NCBI RefSeq assembly: GCF_001194135.2
Contig: NC_068981.1
Location: 58,049,645-58,113,644, forward strand
Origin: Octopus bimaculoides
Lineage: Eukaryota
Direction: 5' to 3'
DNA length: 64,000 nt
Notes under the pieces: generated by a model
Databases searched by the model: none
Told to the model about the DNA's origin: nothing
What the model saw: the letters and a program-made list of their open reading frames with translations, nothing else
Shown: positions 41,341 through 55,857 of the stretch, one piece after another
Layout: every line of letters begins with the position of its first letter
Numbering within the stretch: position 1 is the stretch's first letter
Made by a program: the position numbers and the translations under genes

Positions 41341-41414
41341 TAATAATAATAATAATAATAATAATAATGATAATAATAATAATAATAATAATTATTATTA
41401 TTATTATTATTATT
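41341..41414. repeat. (TAA)n directly abutting (TTA)n, forming a perfect 44-bp palindrome at 41370-41413
   Basis: Seen directly. Confidence 0.9.
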
Positions 41415-41721
41415 TCTTTAATTTCTAACTTTCACTGAGAAAAATATTGTTACTTTGTTAGGTATGATGAAGAGCTTATGATGGTTATATACAGCAAAAT
41501 GGAATGTTAAGAACAAAGTCATTTTCTTATTATCATACAATGAAGAGTGTTAGAAACAATTATTATACAATGAAGAGTGTTAAGCCCAAAACAAAGAGGC
41601 ATCATTATTGTTTCCTTGTACAGTTATCGGATTAAGATGGTGCTGTTCTTCAGACATTATGAAAAAAAACCCATCAATTATGGAAATAATACTGTCCACT
41701 ATAAGATATACATCAGTGACA

Positions 41722-41820
41722 TTATCTGTGAGGCATATCCATTGACAATGCTTGGACTATCCATGAGTCACATTTGGAACCTTCTCGAAATTCATCTTTC
41801 GTCAACTTGCCATCATTGTT
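41722..41820 (-). CDS. NCS1: NCS-1/frequenin-like last coding exon, 99 nt: NNDGKLTKDEFREGSKCDSWIVQALSMDMPHR-stop
   Basis: Polypyrimidine acceptor tttatctttattttttag|AACAAT, phase 0. Completes EF-hand 4 loop D-L-N-N-D-G-K-L-T-K-D-E and the GSKxDxxIVQALS C-terminus; TAA at 41724-41722. Confidence 0.93.
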   Translation of the reverse strand, partial: NNDGKLTKDEFREGSKCDSWIVQALSMDMPHR

Positions 41821-44800
41821 CTAAAAAATAAAGATAAAAATATAGATTAATAACTGTTGAAAATAGAAATAACATACAACTGTTTTACAAAATTTTAGCT
41901 TTTTTCCTTAATTTCCAGCTAAAAATAAAAAAGGGCATTTAATGCACCACCTTTTTACAGACAAACATCTGAATAAAATGTCGTCTGCAAGTATACAAAT
42001 TAAAAACTATTTTATCTTACAGTAAGGCAAATAGATTCTGTGAATCAAAGATGTACATTAATAAGTAAATGAATTTCATTCATTTTTTACTTATAATTAA
42101 AGGGGTTTCAGCTACAAGCATCCTGTCTTTTTAGGGGTTATTTAATGTGACCTTTCCTTATTAGGGTATGAGAGGTTTTGGTGCCACTTGTTTGGCATCA
42201 CTGATTTGATGCTGACTTATTTGCCATCAGTTGTCTCTCTCTTTCTCTCTGTCTGTGAGCATATTTTTCTTTATGTGTATAAGGTGAGGGGAAACTGTTT
42301 ATGGCATCGTGTTCAATTAATAAATTGTGATCTCTCTCTCTCTCTTTTATTCTATCTGTATGTGTATATTTCTGAGTATGCATGTGTGTGTACCTCCAGG
42401 CCAAAAAGTATTGTTGCCAAAACGTGTTTAATGTCCAGACATTAGCAGTGACAAATCACCAGCATCCAGGCAGTTACACCCAATCATCTCATTTTGCTTT
42501 ATTTAAGATAAAGTGTTACCCAATGGAGATTTGGTTGCTAGTTTCTAACAAAAGGTGATAGAAAGCAGAAACCTTCTTAACTTTTCTCTTAACAATCTTA
42601 CATAGAGATATGTGGCGGCAAGTTTTTCTAGTAAACCATTAAGGCAATCAATCTGTAACAGCTAAGCATCAACATATACCTTTCCCAATCCCCAGCAAGT
42701 ACTAATGCCTATGCACATTAAAAACTATACGTAAGTTATAATTATAGTACTTTTATCCAATAATAATTGAATGTCTTTATTATGTATTACAAACTTTTGA
42801 AGTAGCTAACTCAGCTTCTCTTTTGCATCTTATCTTTAAAATATATCCATTATGTAAATTGTATATTTAAAATTTTTTTTTTTCTAGTTTTCCATTTTGA
42901 TGAATATTGACAATCTTTGTAAATAAATTTATGAAAGAATCAGGAAAAAAAAAAGGAAAATAATGCTAAATGGTTCTACTTTCTGTTTCAAGGAATGTTC
43001 ATAAATTGATTAAAAAGAAACATCCATTATAAGTTTTAAGATTAAATGATAATCTTAGGACATAAAAGTAAATAAATTTAAAACACCAGTACAGACATTT
43101 GTCAAATATTATTTGTTATCTTAAAGTAAATCATGTAAATTCACAATAAAAAGTAATTGATGAGATTGGAAATGGTATTTTTAGTCAAGTATTGAAATGA
43201 ATATGAACAAAATGAAATAAAAAAAAGAAGAGCAATCCTGAATTCTGATATTTATAACTGTATTCACAGTATATTTATTATAAGGATATTATATGAGCTA
43301 ACATGGTAGTATCTGTGTGATCATTCAACCTGATAGAAATAGCAACAAATTTCTATAAAATCATACACCCTATTCTCTTAAATGAAGAAAGGTACATTAA
43401 ATAATGTTGTTTCTGATATATAAAAGGATGGTATGGTCACAACTGGAACACTTTTGGTCAAATGTCTACTCGATCAGGGATAATCTGGTGGTGGTGGTGG
43501 TGGTTGTGGTGGTGGAAATAGACAGCAAAATTAAATTGAATCTAAGGAGTTGCAGTAAAATCATCCTGAGATGTGGTAACTTTTCATATCACTTTGTTTA
43601 TTTTATTTTTTACTAGCTGAATTTTAAAGAAGAGATAATGCTCATAAAACTTTGTATCTTTCTTCCACCATCACTACACTGATGAGATTGTTGCCATTAA
43701 TTTCAGCTTAAAGTGTTGCTACTCAACACCCATAGGGAAGGCATGAGCAAATGGAATTCCAGATGGATTGGAAGTAGTAGTTAGTGTAGGGTTGAGGGCA
43801 GGACCCAACATGGGTGATGAAAGGAGAAATGGTGAGTGAGTTAGCAATGCCATGTTGAGGTGACATGAGATTGGCTAGCTCTGAGAAACACACAGACTAT
43901 TATAGTAATGGCAGAAAAGAGAAGAAACAGTATACTAGTGGCAAGAATCTGGAGTATGTCTGAATACTTTTATGCTAATTAGTTAAGCAACCTTTCCCTG
44001 GAGGCAGTGTTTATAAATGGAAAGAAGTGATAGAGAACATCCAAATGTACATTTGAATTATTATCTATTGGTGTACATTTAAACACTCATATGATTATCA
44101 ATTTATAATAGGTGGCTCTCCATTTACTCTGGCAACAGTTTAATTTTTTTTTTTTCAAAAACACTCAATTTTCGATATTTACATGTATGTATATATGGAC
44201 TAATATGACTAAAAATGTAAGGTGATAAATATATCACTCAGAATATCACTGTGTCTTGCAGACATATAATATTGATTCTGTAAACAGAAGTAATATCATC
44301 AGCTAGATCTTGGTCTTTTTTGTATTATAGCTAGTAAGATGCAGCAAGGATTGGAATATTAGCAGCACATGCCAAGAAGAGAATTGAATAAATGAATGAA
44401 CAGGCAACATCTTAAGACATTAATAAAATCATTCATATGTCACTGCTATTGGCATTGATTTTACTTATTAAATACACCTGACTTGTATTTTTAAGTATGT
44501 AAACCCTGTCTATCATGAAATTACAGGTGCTATTGACATATTTAAGCTGGAGAGCCAGGAATTTGTTGGCTAAACTTACATAACTAGAGAAAAATTACAA
44601 TGTTTTCTTGTAAGTAAATATCTATGTAAAACAATGAAATGTTAACAGATTTTAAAAATTGAGAAGAGATTAGATAACATGAAATATAACCCAAAGAGAA
44701 AAAAACTTTAGCTTGATAGCATAAAATATAAAAAAAATATAAAAGATTAGTTGAATTAGTTAAATAGTATATTTACAAGTCCCAGGTTTGAAAAGAATGA

Positions 44801-45091
44801 AAGCAGTATAGATGAGCTACCAGTACATGTGTGAAATAAGATATTAGACCAACCACATTTCTTTACTATTAATGTTATAAAGCATAAATATTAAATTCAA
44901 TGGGCTGAAATTTTTCTAATTGTTTTTTATGTTAAATATCATTCTGATGCTTAAAAACAGGTGAGGTTTGACAAGAAGGGCATCTAGCCATAGAAAACCT
45001 GCCTCAACAAACTGTCTGACCCACACAAGCATGGAAAATTGGACATTGAATGATGATGATTAATGTGTGTGTGTGTGTGTGTGTGTATATA

Positions 45092-45304
45092 CACAAGGTA
45101 GCCCAAAAGTAGGTTTACAGTTATTCAACTATCTCTTTCGCATTCATACATTAACAGTTCAGATCTTAATTATAAAAAATATGAAATCATTATTCTATGC
45201 TAATTTAGTTTACTGTAAGATAGAAATTTAAATGTAATAAAATGTTTAAAAAAAAATTTAAAGTGCCTATGTGATAATTGTAAACCAACTGTTGGGCCAC
45301 TCTG
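45092..45304. mobile_element. Tc1/mariner-type MITE with TA target duplication
   Basis: TA|cacaaggtagcccaaaagtaggtttacagtt ... aattgtaaaccaactgttgggccactctg|TA; ~30-bp imperfect TIRs. Confidence 0.75.
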
Positions 45305-45306
45305 TA

Positions 45307-45420
<114 letters not shown>

Positions 45421-45423
45421 TAT

Positions 45424-46644
45424 GTTTCTTTATTGGCCACACAGGGCTGAACACAGATGGAACAAAATACAAAGTAGAGCTTTTCTTTTTGGGAAGAAGA
45501 GAAGAAAAAATAGAAGGGAAAAAGTGGGGGGACGATCAATAAGGATCGTGTATCACAGAAATGTCAATGTAAAAAGTGAAAACAAATTAGGTTTCTCCGT
45601 GGAAAGAAAAGCCCACAGAAAAGACCACAGGAACCTTGGGCAATAGTGTCATGCAAAAAAACACATTACAGTAAGTGGCTCTCTTTTTTCCTTTCGCTTT
45701 TTTTGGTTCATAGGATTATGCTCAAGCTGGCTCCGTCATTCACACATGCCATCCTTGCTACATTCACCCATCTTTTTTTGAAACATTCACTAGACAAAAC
45801 TTCCCTCTCTACTCTCACCTTCCTCTTCAAGTGATACTTGAAGAAGTTGATGAGAGATTGACCAGAGAGGAAAGTGTTTGTCTCTAGACATTTCAGACAC
45901 GGCCACCATACACATTCTTTCGCCATAGCCACAAGTACGATGAAAATGGCTCTTCCTTCCCATTTCAAGGAAGGAGGCGTGACAATATTCATGATAGACT
46001 CAGTTGATAAAGTGACTCATCCCACATGCGATAGCAGTCGTTCGACATAGGCCCACAGGTCAGAAATGGTTGGACACTGTACAAGTGCATGCAAGATGGT
46101 TTTGTCGCTCTGACCGCATCTCAGACAGGCCGACCCCATGTTTCTCGAGCCATGCTTGTAGAGTTTATCCTGAACGGGTAGCGCTTCTCGATAGCACTGC
46201 CAGGCCAGGGATCTCTGGAAGTTGTTCATAGGTCCCAGCCTGAAAGTCGTTTTGAACAGGCGGGTCAGGTATTCTTCATCGACGCCCAGGTTTGCCCCGA
46301 GATCATCGTCATACCTCCCCTCAACTAATTTCCTATAGAATGCTTTGGTTGTGTTGAAGTCGCTCAAGGTCAACCTGAGACAGCATAGTTGCTTGAGAGC
46401 AACATGCCATTCGCCTTTCCTCGGCCTCTTTTTGTTCCACGACTGCAGTTCGGTCATGGAGATGAGCTGTGGGGAAAGCATGCCTCACAAACGGCGACCA
46501 CACCTGTTCACTGTCGTCTATGTAGAGCCGGAGATATTGCAGTCTCAGCACGTGTCTGTGCATCATCAACCATGGCATGCCCAGCCCTCCTTTTAACGGG
46601 TGTTGGCAGTAAACGGACCGCCTGACCATTGGAATGCATCCTTT
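45424..46644 (-). mobile_element. Tx1/L1-clade LINE, 5'-truncated: C-terminal ORF2 with zf-RVT plus 3' UTR
   Basis: HPLKGGLGMP...; FQRSLAWQCYREALPVQDKL...SACLRCGQSDKTILHALVQCP; LVAMAKECVWW...KRWVNVAR. One frameshift (~46480) and one in-frame TGA (46017-46019). Pyrimidine-rich 3' UTR with AATAAA at 45434-45429. Confidence 0.88.
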
Positions 46645-48725
46645 AGATAGACAGACAGACAGACAGGTAGATAGATAGATAGATAGATAAGTAACGACAG
46701 ATGGATAATGTGTCAATTCACTACAGCTGCTTCCAACGAATTTTTAACTGATTAATGGAGATGTTGCATAGTTAGAAAAAACCATTTTCATCAGATAAAT
46801 ACATGAACCACAACTATTAGAAACATTCAAAAATCAACAGCATATGCACTTTCATGATTCTACAAGCCTTGCTAGTCATGATACTCATTTGACTTCAGTT
46901 AATTGTATACATAACCTGAATATCTTTCTGTCTGTACTTTGGTACCCACGTATGAATTCGTCTATCTTTGTTGTGTATGCATTTTAATTTTGATCTGACC
47001 CAGTGCCTTACCATTTAAGTGCCTGGTTCACTCGAACCCTAATCTTTTGTTACACACACAAACACACACACACACACACTAACACATATATAATCTGTTT
47101 GTTGTTGTTGATTTTATAGCATTTCATTTTTTCATATGTTTTCAAGGATTCACTCAACATGAAGCTAGGCTGTGGAATGAATGAGATCTATTGGTGAAGA
47201 GAAGTCTTTGATGTATTAATGTGGGTGTATCAGAGTTTCTTACCATTCCTCTATAGATTCTGACATATTCAACACAAGTTACAAAAAGATTAAGCAAGTG
47301 TTAAAATCAAGCTAATATAATCTATGAAGCAATTTATATGAAAATACATTCTTGTAAATTTTCCTTATTCTTTTAATTCTATAGAGTATCCATTCTTATT
47401 TTCTATGTTATAGCAGTTGAGCTTCTGTTATAAATAAATCAGCATTTGATACATCTAACTCCAAGCATTAGGATGGGATACAGAAAATATATAGTGGAAA
47501 ATGAAGATAGTTTATACCTGTTCATGAGGAAAAGTTACAGTTATAGCAAGATTTCTTTTATCTATCTTCTTGAATATAGAAACAAATTCTTTATATGAAT
47601 AACATTTTGATTTTTTTTAATTCTGAATTACAGCTGATCAAAAAATTATAAGAGAAAAAAGAAAACTAGGTTTACGAAGAAAAATAAGTTTCAAAAGATT
47701 TTCTGTAATGTTATTTGAAATAAATATATAAAAAAGTGGGGGATAAGCTAAACAACATAATTTTTTTTTTATTCACAGAGAGGGGGTCAAATGGCAGCTG
47801 TTTTATAGAAATGAAGTGTAATTTCTGCTGGATGAGTTTTCATTCAACTAATGGAATAGGTTGCACCTGCTCTTATGATAACACTTGAAGGTGTTATCAC
47901 TATTGAAAACATCTCTTACTGTTCCAAAGATAAGCTATGCATAATCACAAGATTCATTAAAAACCAACATACAAGAATGAACATGTTAGAATAAATTGAA
48001 CAATATGTGATTCTTCTGATTAAGCATAGATTATACAGTGGCCACTATAAGCATAGAACCATTAAGTGATTTTATGACTTTTTGATATTTTCTAACTTTA
48101 CAAATAAAATTGTTAATCAATACATAGAGTAATATAAAGAAAGCTGTACATGCTTAAAACAGAGAATAAAGGGTTTTATTTTTGTTTTGATAATGCTTTT
48201 CCTCATCAGTATATTACATCCACTTTTCCATGTTTTGTGGTCATCACAGTCCAAATTAGATCTTATTTGGAATTACTGCCCTCCTAGATGGATCAGGAAC
48301 CATGTTTTGCTCTATGTTCTATTTTTAGCATGGTTTCTAAGGCTGAATACCACTTTACAGAGTACACAAAATGCATTTTAATGTGGTTACCAGTACTAGA
48401 GAGATAGCCTTGTCCCTTGCAAGACTGAAGAGTTCTCTATCTTATATTGTCTCAGTTCATTTGTTCACCAAATTCCAAAGTGTATTCACTTAACAGGACT
48501 AAAACATTTCCCCATTCTTTGCATTGACTGACTCATTCTTTCCTTTTCCACACAAAACAAGGTGGGAAGAAAACTAGAGTGAGAAGTTGATAATAGGGAG
48601 AGTTTCAAAAGAGAACTAAGGATAAGAGTTAGGTGATAGACAGCTACATGAAGGTTATTGGTAAAGAGCTTGAGCTGAAACACCATGATAAAGGGTGATG
48701 AAAGAGAGAAAAGGGTGACAGAATG

Positions 48726-48766
<41 letters not shown>

Positions 48767-48790
48767 ATGAAGTAGTTACATAATAGTTAA

Positions 48791-50235
48791 TGTTAAAAAA
48801 GATTGAATAGAAGCACTTGACTGTTGGTGTTTGTTTACATTCCTTACTTTCAACATGTTTTTTCATGTTATGTCCCACTACTACACATCAGTGGCTGTGT
48901 GAGCTATGAATGCTCATCACCATTGTTATGTCCCACATTATGACGACGTATTTCATCATCTCTGTAGGGTTGGCCCGAACAGAATACCTTACTGACTGAC
49001 ATTACTGACTGTGTTAGTCCACTATTTATTAGTAGTGGACCAGCCCACTTCTCACCTAGGGGCGTTCACTACAACACCTCCCCACTTTGAGATTTTTCTA
49101 TTTTTCTCAACACAATAATTTTTTTTCACTANNNNNNNNNNATTACACAGCATTATTATATATATATTTTTCATTTCAACGGTTTTTCCTTTTCATTACA
49201 CTTTTCTCAGCAGAAACTGGATCGGTTACCTGCAAACTTTCATTATCTTTTAAAGTGTTTGCATTAGAACAATTCCTCAACGAAGTGTTTTCAGTAGAAA
49301 GGACCTTTTCCTGTAACAGATGGCACAGATTCTCTAATTTCAGAATTTTCTACAACGTATTCTTCACTAGTCACTTCCATTGGCATTTCATCTGGAGTCT
49401 TTTCAAGGAAGACTTGTTTTGTATCCTCAATTACAGAATGGCTTGTGTCTTCTTTGTCCATTTTAACTTTCTTATCAACTGATTCATTTTCAATTTCAAC
49501 AGATGATATCTGCTTATGTTTGAAATCTGGTATGACTTGCTTTAAATGTATTGTTAATTCTTTTTCACTTTTTTGTCTTCTAACCAGAATTATTCTTTAT
49601 TCCACACAGACTTATACAGACTTATTATTTTTTTGTTCCCCACAGAACCATTTTTTAAATTCAAAATGCTGCAGGTAGTACTAAGTCTACATTATTACTG
49701 GTAACGCTACTACATGTAGCGACCTGACTTATAAATCCTTTGAACGGACTTATTATTATTTTAATTTTTTGTTGCACACAGAACCATAGTTCTTTCTTTT
49801 TCAAAATGCTGCAGGTAGTACTAAGTCTACATTATTACTGGTAGCGCTACTACATATAGTAACCTGACATATAAATCCTTCAAACGGACTTATTATTATT
49901 TTTTATTCCACACAAAATTATTTTTCACTGTGTGTATATTACTCTTCACTGTGTGAAGTTCAATTCTGTGTTAGAATTCCAATTTTATCAGACATTCTTT
50001 TCTTCAGAAGCTTTTTTTAAATATATTTTTCACTGTGTGTATATTACTTTTCACTGTGTGAGCTACAAATCCTCGTCACCACTGTTATGTCCTGCATTAT
50101 GACTACGTATTTCATCATCTCTGCAGGACTGGCCCAAACAACGTACCTCGCTGGCTGACATTACTGACTGTATCAGTCCACTATTTATTAGTAGTGGACC
50201 AGTCCACTTCTCACCTGGGGGCATCCACCGCAACA
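48791..50235 (-). mobile_element. Small non-autonomous LTR element in an NCS-1 intron. 181-bp direct repeats at 48896-49076 and 50055-50235; PPT aaagtggggagg at 49088-49077
   Basis: Both repeats begin TGTTG on the minus strand and differ at ~26 of 181 positions. The polypurine tract immediately precedes the left (3') LTR. The left LTR probably extends to 48791 (...TAACA). No TSD or PBS found. Confidence 0.7.
49132..49141. other. Assembly gap (10 N)
   Basis: Run of N. Confidence 1.
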
Positions 50236-51462
50236 TTTTGTAAGTTATCAATGAGTATTTTACTGATCTACACTACAAATTTGTACTAACCCTTAAAATC
50301 TAATCAATATGAATATATTTCTAGGTTTCAAACAAGAGACTGAGCTACAGGATCTCCTCATGACAAAACTAAATACCAACAGAAATGATGTGTAATTCTT
50401 CCACATAGATCAGAGATTCTCAACCATTTTTTCTTTAATAATCTGGTCCCCCTTGATTACCATTTTATTCTGGTAAACCCCCATAGCCATTGGATGTTTA
50501 AAAACTAGTTTTATAGATACTTCTTTCAAAATTTCTATTTCATTTTTCACGCATTAAGTTGTGTAGGTTGAACTATGTAAAATGTTAGAGAAAAAAACCT
50601 AGTTGATTCTTGCAATACATACATCTAAAGCAAAAATTTTTCAAGGGTCTTTAAAATACTATTGCAGCTCCCAATTTACTATTTTGTTGCATGGACTCCA
50701 CTTGAGAACCATTGACATAAATCAAATAGTTGCAGTTGTTTTGCATCCAGGCTAGATCTGATTGTGCAGATTTATTATCATAAATGTTCCAGCCACACAA
50801 CCAATCTATGAGTGGACTTTACAGTATACAATGTGATATTCCATTTTAAAGATGGTCTGGTTGGATTTGAGAAATATTTGAATGTTATTTCTAGCAAGTC
50901 AAGTCACCTTAGAGAAGCTCCCCCAATGGTTCAAAACAGTAGCAGTTATTTGATATGGTCTTATTTTAGATTTCATTAATGCTTTTGTAGCAGTTATTGA
51001 CTAATTATATCTAATTATTCTCATTATATTTGCCCATTTTTCTTTTCCAATAAACATAAGATATTGCTACAAAAATGCACTTAATATAGCAGTAAATAAC
51101 CACAGAAAACAGTAACAAAAATAATTAAATGGAGCATACAGAAAATAAACATATAAAAACGATTTGAACACATGTACACACGAATTAGCAAAAACTAACA
51201 CATTCATACTTGCACACATACAATTTCATTGTAAAAATACTTCTATTTTTTTTTTAGCTAGTGCTAGCACAGAAAAGAAATGTTCACAAGGTTTAAGCAA
51301 AATATGTTTAAAATATGTCTACATCTTGTATAAATGTTAATTAAAATGTTTCAGAAATAATGCAATCATAATTTATAGTCTCTCATTTTATAGAAATTAA
51401 TTTTGTTTCACATTAAACAAAGTAAATAAGGGAAAAAAATATAGCTGTTCTTAAAAACATAC

Positions 51463-51629
51463 CAAATCCATTTGGGCAAATATTTTCTCAACTCTTTTTT
51501 CTGGAGTGTCTTCATCTTCTGGTAAATCCATTAAGTTACCCACCATATTATAAATAGCACCTACAATATCAACCATCTCCTTTTTGGTGATATATCCATC
51601 GTTGTCAAGATCATACAAGTTAAAAGCCC
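51463..51629 (-). CDS. NCS1: NCS-1/frequenin-like coding exon, 167 nt: (W)[55 protein letters not shown]
   Basis: Acceptor ataatttag|GGGCTTTT and donor GATTTG|gtatgt. Contains canonical EF-hand 3 loop [12 protein letters not shown] and the NCS-1 signature [16 protein letters not shown]. Missed by the ORF track, read manually. Confidence 0.95.
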
Positions 51630-52574
51630 CTAAATTATAGAAGAAAGAAATATTTTACCAATTTAGCTCAAATAAGAAAAATATTCTCCAAAAATCATTT
51701 TAAAACGGAGCACATTTTATCAAATCATGCTTTAATAAAAGAGCTTCAAATCTTTGATTATCCCCCTTATATGGTAATACAGGCAAAGCTTTCATGGAAG
51801 TGTCAAAACATGTAAAACATTGTATTCTGGTGTAACAAATATCTGAAAGTAAGTAAGGTATGCCAACATATTTGAAATGTAAGCTTTTACAATTAAAGCA
51901 AAAATAAAACCAGCAACATGAAACACATTATTATAATATATGTGTGTAAAATCATATTTAACATGTTCATGAACACTTGAAAGTGGGAAGAACTTGTGCT
52001 CTGTGGAAATAGTCTCAGGTCTAAGTTCCTTGGTTGTGGAAAGGTCATTTGTAGCTCATGAAGCTTAAGGAGAATTTTCTCCCAAGACTATATCTGTAGC
52101 AAAAGGACTTACCATGTCTGAATGTACACAAATGTATAAAATATTATTGTACATGCATATATTTTATCCCATGCTACTTTGTGCACCTACAGATAGTTAA
52201 TTCCAGCTTGACAAAGCTTTGTGCACATGAGAAAATGTACTATTTGCTGTTCTTATATATATATAAGATCAACTGTTCTTACAGGTCTGTGAAGGACTGA
52301 ATCAGTATTCATAACTTGAAGGTCAACGATGCAGAAATGCATGCATCTTACAATTGGATGATGTTATACAAAGCCTAGTGATATGTTTTCACACATATTA
52401 TCAATGAAATGAATTTTCTGCAGAGACTATTTTTACTGTGAAAGATCTTCTGACATCCAAGTATACAAGAATATGTTCAATATGATTGTACATACATATA
52501 TTTCATTCAACCTCCAGTTGATTAAACATTAATATAATACATATATACATACATACAAACATTAGATGCCAACA

Positions 52575-52975
<401 letters not shown>

Positions 52976-55647
52976 ACACCATCAATCTCGCCAACCATCA
53001 CATTTGCAAATATTCCCTAACATCATCACCAGGAAAGACATCAATCCTAATACGTAAACAATTCAGTTACATGAGAGTAGATACAACAGTACAACAGCAT
53101 TTTTATCTTAAACAAACCCTGTGAACACATCCATGTAATTCATTTAACAAGCTATAATAATTTCTGGCTTGATACCCTTTCTGTTCTATAAACTTAATGA
53201 TCATAGTCACAAGGCAAATAATCCTGCTAGTTCTTTTACCATCTGGTTGTCTTCATCACATACTCACACACCAATGAATAAAACAAAAATACATTCAGAA
53301 ACTTCAAAAAAGATCCAGTGGAACCATGTCGACCAAAAAACATATTTACAGTTTATAGAATTCAATATTATAATCATCAACATAGATACTACGATGTTTA
53401 TGTTCAACAAAATCATTGTAGAAGCATTCAAAATATTTCATTAAGCAACATAAAAAACTACAACCTTAAATACAAGAAATAAAATAGCCAACCTAATAAT
53501 AACTAGCAACAACCTCAAATAAAACATGCCAACACTATACACAACAGAAATAAAGTTCAACATTAAGAAACTAAACAAGGAAATAAAGAAAATAACCATA
53601 GAAATGCAGGACATTTTTTTTTATCTAATATGAATCTCAAAATAAGCAGTAAAATGCTATACAAATTAAATGGCAGCATCAACATATTTAACAATGGCCA
53701 TACCACATTACATTACAACAATAACATCTTCAAAAATAAATGAGTTTAGTTACACTCAAACAACCAGTAAACTCATTTATCATACATGTTCTCAAAATCA
53801 ATAACCAAAAGGAAGATGATAACAAAGAAGATGGAAATGCTAAAGACAACACACACTGTCTACACAGATCATGACAGACTATTTCCTTCCAGAAAAGTAA
53901 TGAGGAATGCTAAAAACTTAAAAGCTACATGGCCTGATAAAATCACAAGTATAAATCCCAAACAATTAATGTCTGAAAAACACTATTGTTCCAAATGACA
54001 TCTTCAAGCACACATTGCCAAATCCCCAGTATAAAGAAACTGAGTAGAATAAAATTTTAAAATCTAATAAAATACAGACTTAAACAGCAACACACAGAAC
54101 TCATAAACTTCATACAAAACTATGGACATTATACAGCAATGACTGCAACACTTCAGGGTATAATGAGGGAGTCTCTTTGTGGCTGTTCAGTCTGCTAGAA
54201 ATAATGGTGCAAATTTCTCTCAAATCACACCCACACCTAACCATCTTAAAAAAGAAAAATTAAATTGGATATTAGGTGCCTGAAAAACAGAAAAGAGGGG
54301 ATGGTCATGGCTAGAATACTTTTGATCATAAGTCTGATCAACCATAGCCTGCTTGGTGCAAAACAACAAAACTATTAAACTCAAATAACAAAAACTATGC
54401 ATACACTAAAAATTTTGTATGACTTAACCTTTATCACCAACTCCCATACTTTCCTTTCTAATTTATAAAGGAAGTCAGACAACAACTACAGTCAATCTGT
54501 GCACTCATCACAAATCCCATTCAAATGACATACAACAGTGAAAAATCCTCCAACATACATCCTTCTAGCTATCACACCAGGAAGGCTTTTTCACAAAACT
54601 CAACTTTGAGTTATCAACAAAGAAATACAAAATTCTGGTTAGCAAACTACCTCTCAAAAGTACAACATCATAACTATAACCTGTAATTTCTCAAATGGAT
54701 TACTGAAAGGATCCACTCTTTCTTTTATTCTTTAACTTAAACCTTCATGAACAGATGACATTCCCATGAAAGAAACAGATTCCTAAAACATTACAGTACC
54801 TCTTCCCACTGTTTTTCAGAAATAGGTGCACAACTACTCAAACACTATATCAACTCCTTAGAAAACTGACTTCAGTCAAACTAAAAATAGCATCTAGTAA
54901 GTCTTCTCTTTATAAAAGTAACAAAGGAATACTAGATATAACAAATTTTCATATACAATACAGCAACTCATCGAAGAGAGAGGGGAGCGGGGAGGAAGAA
55001 AGAAAGAGAAAACAGAGAAAGAAAAAGAGATGAGAGAAAGCAACAACAATACTAAGGACTTCCTGCAATACTCAACAATAATCACAGCATACATAGAGGA
55101 TATAGTGAAAAAAAAGCATAAATGAAATCAGTTCATGAACACTCCAGCCTCTCAGCCAGATACATACTATCACTTCTCTCTTTTCCTTTTCTATTGCTAA
55201 AACAGTAGCCTCACCTGCTCAGACTTGACTGATCTGATGCTGCTTCTACTCGGGCACTTCTGAATCATTTACCACCCTTATAGTGTCCACTCCCCACCCA
55301 TTCCAGATCCCTCACTAACCACTATGATCAGTCCGTTTTCATTGGCTCATTGGCTCCATGGGTTTTCTGCAGCTATCGATTTGCAATAATTCAAGTACAT
55401 ATATTGCATTGACTACACCAGTCTTGAAGAATCTATGAAGTCTGTAAATACAACCCTTACTCTCCACTAAATCAATAATAATAATAAAAAGGTACTCTGA
55501 CAGGCCCACATTTTTCTGAGACAAAGAAAGAAGACAAACATATTAAATCCATCACAGATTATGCTGCTACTATCTCTCCATGCAAAATCATAACATATCA
55601 AGAACATAAAACAGCACATTTTGCATCATCATAGTCTACACACAGAC

Positions 55648-55857
55648 TGTATCCATTCAGTATGATCTATACAGTGAAACACAAAACACAAAGAAATAAA
55701 GACTACCTGAATATTTGAGAAGGAAAGTATCTTGTCACAGCAAGCTCCAACTCACACAGTCCCTCTCATTATATATTAAATGGTCTTCAAATATGCAAAA
55801 ATATCTACAATACCATCCCAAGAATAATATTCTTCCAACTTGATTCAAACAAACACA
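55648..55857 (+). repeat. Arm A of a 210-bp inverted duplication (partner 56615-56824)
   Basis: Manual alignment to the reverse complement of 56615-56824: 9 substitutions, no indels. Confidence 0.92.

Noticed and set aside
48786-50240. Target-site duplication and PBS for the mini LTR element
   Set aside because: The flanks (gttaa or gtggc versus ttttg) do not match and no TGG-starting PBS follows the 5' LTR, so the boundaries stay uncertain.
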